DNA of 64,000 nt from Octopus vulgaris. Its lineage: Eukaryota. Both the position numbers and the translations under genes were made by a program. The stretch spans positions 29,326,001 through 29,390,000 of the forward strand of contig OX597831.1 in the NCBI GenBank assembly GCA_951406725.2, read 5' to 3'. This document shows positions 57,131 through 64,000 of this stretch, piece after piece (positions within the stretch are counted from its first letter, which is position 1; each line of letters starts with the position of its first letter). Below the pieces are notes generated by a model. That model was not told the DNA's origin. It saw only the letters and a program-made list of their open reading frames with translations, and searched no databases.

Positions 57131-57643
57131 ATACAATATGTTACATTACTCGGTAGTCAAGATAAAACTCTGAGTTTCAGATGCCGAAGTGGAAATCCAC
57201 AACACCATCTCTTCCTGAGATGGTGTTGTGGATTTCAGAGTTTTATCTTGACTACCGAGTAATGTAACATATTGTATAGATAAATTTCCTCTATTTACAT
57301 AATATTGAGGTCTCTTTCTTTCTTTTGTTATCTTACCGTTTTATCAATAAATCACCTCCCGGACGACGTTATTCTCAACTAAGAGCTAATACGACCTTTT
57401 TGGGATTATCGCCTAACATCGGTTGAGGACTCTCACAAACAAAAGAATCTAATATGGACGCATATCACATAGATTATTCTATGAAAGGAAGAGATGGTGT
57501 TGTGGATTTCCACTTCGGCATCTGAAACTCAGAGTTTTATCTTGACTACCGAGTAATGTAACATATTGTATAGATAAATTTCCTCTATTTACATAATATT
57601 GAGGTCTCTTTCTTTCTTTTGTTATCTTACCGTTTTATCAATA
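57126..57643 (+). mobile_element. PLE-like insertion: inverted arm, partial repeat, spacer, full repeat
   Basis: 57126-57216 is the reverse complement of about 57486-57576; 57217-57349 is directly repeated (with a 20-bp deletion) at 57491-57643; (TA)n flanks. Confidence 0.75.
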
Positions 57644-57699
57644 TATATATATATATATATTTAAATGCATACGTGTATATATTATGTATGTATATACAT

Positions 57700-57908
57700 A
57701 CTCTTTACTCTTTTACTTGTTTCAGTCATTTGACTGCGGCCATGCTGGAGCACCGCCTTTAGTCGAGCAAATCGACCCCGGGACTTATTCTTTATAAGCC
57801 CAGTACTTATTCTATCGGTCCATTTTGCCGAACCGCTAAGTGACGGGGACGTAAACACACCCGCATCGGTTGTCAAGCAATGCTAGGGGGACAAACACAG
57901 ACACACAA

Positions 57909-57967
<59 letters not shown>

Positions 57968-58220
57968 TACGACAGGCTTCTTTCAGTTTCCGTCTACCAA
58001 ATCCACTCACAAGGCATTGGTCGGCCCGGGGCTATAGCAGAAGACACTTGTCCAAGATGCCACGCAGTGGGACTGAACCCGGAACCATGTGGTTTGTTAG
58101 CAAGCTACTTACCACACAGCCACTCCTGCGCCTATCTGCGCCACACAGCCACTCCTGCGCCTATCTGCGCCACACAGCCACTCCTGCGACTATCTGCGCC
58201 ACACAGCCACTCTTGCGTCT
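57700..58220 (-). mobile_element. SINE family A with a tandemly amplified 5' end
   Basis: 29-bp unit CCACACAGCCACTCCTGCGCCTATCTGCG at 58112, 58141, 58170 and 58199 (partial). Confidence 0.9.
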
Positions 58221-58226
58221 AATATA

Positions 58227-58284
<58 letters not shown>

Positions 58285-58548
58285 TCTAAGTTTCTCTAAA
58301 GAAGACTACGGTAGCGGTACTGGATATTAATAGTTATGGCCAAGCTAATATGGCAGTCCATAAATATAGGACGAAAGCTGCCGTTGATTAGCTCCAAGAG
58401 GCCATCGCCTATAGCTAGCTATACGACGCACGAATCTGTGTCCATTATAACCTTCGAACAGGGGAGGTCAGCCGCTTCCCCTTGCTGGTCAGGCATCTGC
58501 AGACTTGTTTCAGGGTATTTGCATTTTATCAATTCTGGGTTCGGCTAC

Positions 58549-58591
58549 TCTGCATTGATGAAGGGCAAATAACCTGAAATATGTCTGCAGA
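58549..58591 (+). ncRNA. Type-I hammerhead (C3>U variant) with an upstream inverted arm at 58491-58533
   Basis: TCTGCA-TTGATGA-AGG..CCT-GAAATATGTC-TGCAGA; GUC cut site; 6-bp stem I. Confidence 0.7.
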
Positions 58592-58605
58592 TGCCTATGT
58601 ATATA

Positions 58606-58787
58606 GGCGCAGGAGAGGCTGTGTGGTAAGTAGCTTCCTTACCAACCACATGGTTCTGGATTCAGTCCCACTGCGTGGTGCCTTGGGCAAGTGTCTTCCA
58701 CTATAGCCTCAGGCCGACCAAAGCCTTGTGAGTGGATTTGGTAGACGGAAACTGAAAGAAGTCAATCGTATGTATATGTATGTGTAC

Positions 58788-58829
<42 letters not shown>

Positions 58830-59042
58830 CTGTATTTGTCCCCCCAACATCGCTTGACAACCGATGCTGGTGTGTTTACGTCCCCGTAACTTGGTGGTTC
58901 GGCAAAAGAGACCGATAGAATAAGTATAAGTCTTACAAAGAGTAAGTCTTGGGATCGATTTGCTCGACTAAAGGCGGTGCTCCAGCATGGCCACCGTCAA
59001 ATGACTGAAACAAGTACAAGAATAAAGGAATAAAAGAATAAA

Positions 59043-59045
<3 letters not shown>
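58606..59045 (+). mobile_element. SINE family A, full length
   Basis: Consensus match. Confidence 0.9.
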
Positions 59046-59077
<32 letters not shown>

Positions 59078-59090
59078 GGATTCGATATAT

Positions 59091-59185
<95 letters not shown>

Positions 59186-59515
59186 TAATGCCGCGATATG
59201 CGAGTTAATTTATTCCCAGAGACTGCTCTTAAAGCGGAAACTTGTAAAACAGAGCAATAATTTCCATAGTAGCAATGTTATAAATAGTAATACGTTCCCA
59301 GAAAAATGCTTTACCAATAAAATTTATTGTAGTCGTAAATAAATGGCAATAAAACATTGGCAGAATGTAAAGAATGTTTTATGTAAGGTAAGAAGATTGT
59401 CAAGATCATTTATGACAACAAAAAAAATGTTATAATCGTTTTCTGAATCACTTTCATTCGCACTAGCTGCGTTGAAAACTTGGATCTTGTGCACAATATA
59501 CTCACACATATAATT

Positions 59516-59553
<38 letters not shown>

Positions 59554-59620
59554 CCATACATGTGCACACACATGCATGTATGCATACATACATACATATA
59601 TGTATATGTGTGTGTGTGTC

Positions 59621-59696
<76 letters not shown>

Positions 59697-59861
59697 AGAA
59701 AAAAGAGAAAATAAGAGAAAAAAATCAATCAGAAAGGAACTCTATCTCACTCAAAATATCTTTTGATAAGCATAACATATGCGCAACCGGTAAAAAGAAC
59801 TTTCACCTAATTAAATACACTCTCCCTTACTTAAATTATTTTTTAGCATTTTCTTCATTTC

Positions 59862-59910
<49 letters not shown>

Positions 59911-59913
<3 letters not shown>

Positions 59914-60102
59914 ACTAAAATTCCATAATTATGAGTATAATTATAATTAGGGTACCTGCGTGAGTTGTTGAGTATTGCTGTCTGGGAAATTTTCTTATGG
60001 TAGTGAAATAGTTAACTGCTTCTTCTAAATTTCGGTATGTGGTGAAGCAATTTGCTGAACCCTAATTATAATTATACTCACAATTATAAAATTTTATGTA
60101 TA
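59911..60102. repeat. Imperfect inverted repeat, about 43-bp arms, abutting (TA)n
   Basis: TGAGTATAATTATAATTAGGGT / ACCCTAATTATAATTATACTCA. Confidence 0.8.
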
Positions 60103-60178
60103 AGTTTACCGATAATGGTTCTTTTAACATGGCGAACTACTTGGTAAAATTATTAATTATTAATTATTGATTTTACCC

Positions 60179-60237
<59 letters not shown>

Positions 60238-60261
60238 TACTATTACTATTATTACTGTTAC

Positions 60262-60297
<36 letters not shown>

Positions 60298-60394
60298 TAT
60301 TATTACTATTATTATTATTATTATTATTATTATTGATATGTATATATATTTTTATCTAGTTTCAGCTCACAAGCTGTGGTTATGCTGGGGCACC

Positions 60395-60438
<44 letters not shown>

Positions 60439-60489
60439 TAAATAGATCGATAGACTCATAGATAGATGGATAAGTATGTATACAAATAT

Positions 60490-60660
60490 ATTCTTTTCTA
60501 CACTAGGCAACAGGCTCGAAATTTTGGGGGAGGAGTTCAATCGATTAGCTTGACCCCAGTACGCAACTGGTACTTAATTTATCGACCCCGAAAGGATGAA
60601 AGGCAAAGTCGACCTCGGCGGAATTTGAACTCAGAACGTATAGACAGACGAAACACCGCA
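60490..60660 (-). mobile_element. SINE family C, 3' part
   Basis: Reverse-complement match; an opposite-orientation copy lies at 61868-62013. Confidence 0.8.
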
Positions 60661-60894
60661 TCTATACAAATGTATTATGGATATAAAAAATTACAGATAT
60701 ATATCTCATACGGCATTAGTAGGCCCGAGGCTATAGTAAAAGACACTCGCCCAATGTACCACGCAGTGGGACTGAACCCGGAACCATTAAGTTGTGAAGC
60801 AAGCTTCTTACCACACAGCCAAACCTACGCCTACGTATATATGCATACATTTGTATACGCACACAAATGCAAATATATATAGATATACTCTCTC

Positions 60895-61102
60895 TTTTCT
60901 TTCTTTTAATTGTTTCAGTCATTTGACTGCGACCATGCTGGAGCGCCGCCTTTAGTCGAACAAATTGACCCTAGGACTTATTTTTTGTAAGCCTAGTACT
61001 TATTCTATCAGACGCTTTTGCCGAACTGCTAAGTTACAGGGACGTAAACACACCAGCATCGGTTGTCAAGCGGGACAAACACAGACACACAAAAACATGC
61101 AC

Positions 61103-61150
<48 letters not shown>

Positions 61151-61302
61151 GACGGGCTTCTTTCAGTTTCCGTCTACCAAATCCACTCACAAGGCTTTGG
61201 TCGGCCCGAGGCTATAGTAGAAGACACTTGCCCAAGGTTCCACGCAGTGGGACTGAACCCGGAACCAAGTGGCTGGTAAGCAAGCTACTTACCACGCAGC
61301 CA
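60895..61302 (-). mobile_element. SINE family A (extra fragments at 60720-60812 and 62050-62135)
   Basis: Reverse-complement consensus match. Confidence 0.88.
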
Positions 61303-61366
61303 TTCATATATATATATATGCTCACAGAAACACCAACGCACCAACGCACCAACACACTAACATACC

Positions 61367-61401
<35 letters not shown>

Positions 61402-62221
61402 GCGCCGCATTCATAAAGTTATGAAATTCAATATGTCTACTTTAACCAGTTCCATGTTACCTAATATAGAGTTGCATGAAATTCTAAAATTCGTTGATGA
61501 ATGGTAAAGAAGGCGGACATGTATATTTTGATTAATTTGCTAATGAATATGAAACATTTCCTCTAATTAATGTGAGACGGTTAATGAGCTCGGCCAAGGT
61601 TCTTTGAAGTAATTATACGACGCCTTATTAACATCTCGACTTTTTGACATTTCGCTATTTTCCACTGTTATGTCGCCATGACCAACACGTACAAAAACTC
61701 AAATACTGTCACATAGTCAAAGACAAAGACAGACACGGTCTGGAAATCACACATACACATCTACACTTGGGTATATTTGTATATATACACGAATAGGCGC
61801 ATTTGCTCCTATGTCCGTTCAAATGGCACATGGTAAAATTGCTCAGCGGCTAGAAAGAATAATTAATATTAGTGAGATCGATTTTCCCGCCGAGGTTGAC
61901 TTTAATCCTTTCGGGGGATCGATAAATTAAGTACCAGTTGCTTGCTGGGATTGATCTAATCGACTGTCCCCCGCCTAAAGATTTCGGGCCTTGTGCGTAG
62001 AATAGAAAAGAATACTCGTGATGTACGTATGCATGCATGTATGTATGTATTCTTCTATTCTTTTACTTGTTTCAGTCATTTGGCTGCGGCCATGCTGGAA
62101 CACCGCCTTTAGTCGAACAAATCGACGCCAGGACATTCATATATATACATGCATATTTATACGCATGCGTCTATGTATGTATGTATGCATATGAGTGGGA
62201 GTACATATGCACATATGTATT

Positions 62222-62252
<31 letters not shown>

Positions 62253-62437
62253 ACATATATATATATGTATATATATATATGCGTGTATGTACGCATGCGT
62301 GTATGTATGTACGTATGCATATGTGCATGTGGGTACATATGCATATATGTATTCATATATATATATATGGATGTATGTATGCATGCGTGTGTATGTGTGT
62401 ATACATATATGTGTGTGGGTACATATGAACATATGTA

Positions 62438-62486
<49 letters not shown>

Positions 62487-62918
62487 GCATGTATGTATGC
62501 ATGCGTATATGTATTTACGTATGCATATGTATATGCGGGTACGTATGTACATATGTATGCATGTGCATGTATGTGTGTTGATTTACGTGCATGTATTAGT
62601 GTATGCATCTATATATTTACGTTTATACGTGTATGTATCTATGTCTGCATCTATGTTTGCATCATGAATGCTGTTGGTAATCATAACCTATTACGCGCGC
62701 GAGCGCACACACTCACACACACACACACTCACACACACACAAAAACATGCTCACACACCTATATGTCGGGTCACCGGCAAGCAAGCAGGAGACTCCATTA
62801 AACATGCTTGGCTTTACTCTTATTCAGTAATTGCATGGCTTGAGATGTTCAGCAGCTGATCACTTGATATCAACTAGTACGCTCAGAGAAACAAATAAAA
62901 AATGATAGAAAGACAGAC

Positions 62919-63041
<123 letters not shown>

Positions 63042-63339
63042 CAGATAGACAGAAAGAGACATAGACAGAGAGAAAGAGACAGAGAGAGACAGACAGACAG
63101 ACCTACAGAGACAGACAGAAAAGAGGTCTTTCTGTTTCTAAACACCTTTGAGGTCTTTCAGTTTCCAAACATGTTTTGAGAGATATGTAGCAATATTTTT
63201 ATTTCATTTCTGATGTAGGAACATCTGAAATGTATATAAGATGGAAATAAATATATACAATTCATCGTGAAGGTAATAAATACACTCACCCAGGTATACA
63301 TTATATGTGTAGTTACCTAACATTTACATACAGTCTCTA

Positions 63340-63523
63340 ACTGGCAGCCTGTAGGGTACGACGACGAGTATTCCAGTTGATCTGACCAGTGAAATAGCCC
63401 GCTTCTGAAACTAACTTGCAATTGGCTGAAGTGTTATGATCAAGAACACAACACGCTACCGGGTCCGGGAATTGAAGTTATGATAATGAGTGCAACACTC
63501 TAACCACTAGGCCATGCGCCTTC
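63340..63523 (-). mobile_element. Internally deleted SINE (family B-type head)
   Basis: The - strand reads GAAGGCGCATGGCCTAGTGGTTAGAGTG...TTCAATTCCC...TGTTGTGTTCTTGA. Confidence 0.65.
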
Positions 63524-63562
63524 ACGTATTACACACACACATACACATATATACATACATAT

Positions 63563-63735
<173 letters not shown>

Positions 63736-63761
63736 GAAGCATGACTGTCACCACTACTACA

Positions 63762-63806
63762 GGAACCTGAAGATTGCAGAATTTAATGCATGAAAGTACA
63801 AGTTTC
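63762..63806 (+). ncRNA. Decayed minimal hammerhead between (TA)n tracts
   Basis: GGAAC-CTGAAGA-T-TGCA..TGCA-T-GAAAGTACAA-GTTTC; U16.1>A. Confidence 0.55.
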
Positions 63807-63940
63807 AATCAGAATGAACATTTAACATTCTATTCTATTATTTTATTTTATTTTATTTTATTATATTATATTATATTATATTATATCATTATAAGATATA
63901 AATAAAACGTGAAAATCAGACAAGGTTGGAATTGCTTTTA

Positions 63941-64000
<60 letters not shown>

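Noticed and set aside
60038-60066. Hammerhead-like GTGGTGA-AGCA-ATT-TGCT-GAACCC
   Set aside because: Three core mismatches and no stem I or III; at most a remnant.

Overview
Repeat-saturated, AT-rich eukaryotic non-coding DNA (intron or intergenic). The SINE families and extreme microsatellite density suggest an octopod cephalopod (inference). No host protein-coding exon can be supported: nearly all ORFs in the track are microsatellite or SINE read-throughs. Contents: (i) many copies of 3-4 tRNA-derived SINE families; (ii) decayed Tc1/mariner (including DD37D maT-type), pogo/Tigger and Helitron-type elements; (iii) about a dozen short AT-rich elements embedded in (TA)n or (AAT)n tracts. Group (iii) has the direct-plus-inverted terminal-repeat layout of Penelope-like element (PLE) pseudo-LTRs and carries minimal type-I hammerhead ribozyme motifs. 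The most striking signal is that two sequence-divergent repeat families (28.55 kb; 14.7 and 32.46 kb) contain all hammerhead core nucleotides and helices in a non-circularly permuted, pseudoknotted strand order, with matching helix lengths and near-matching linker lengths. All structures were folded by eye and none has been tested for activity.
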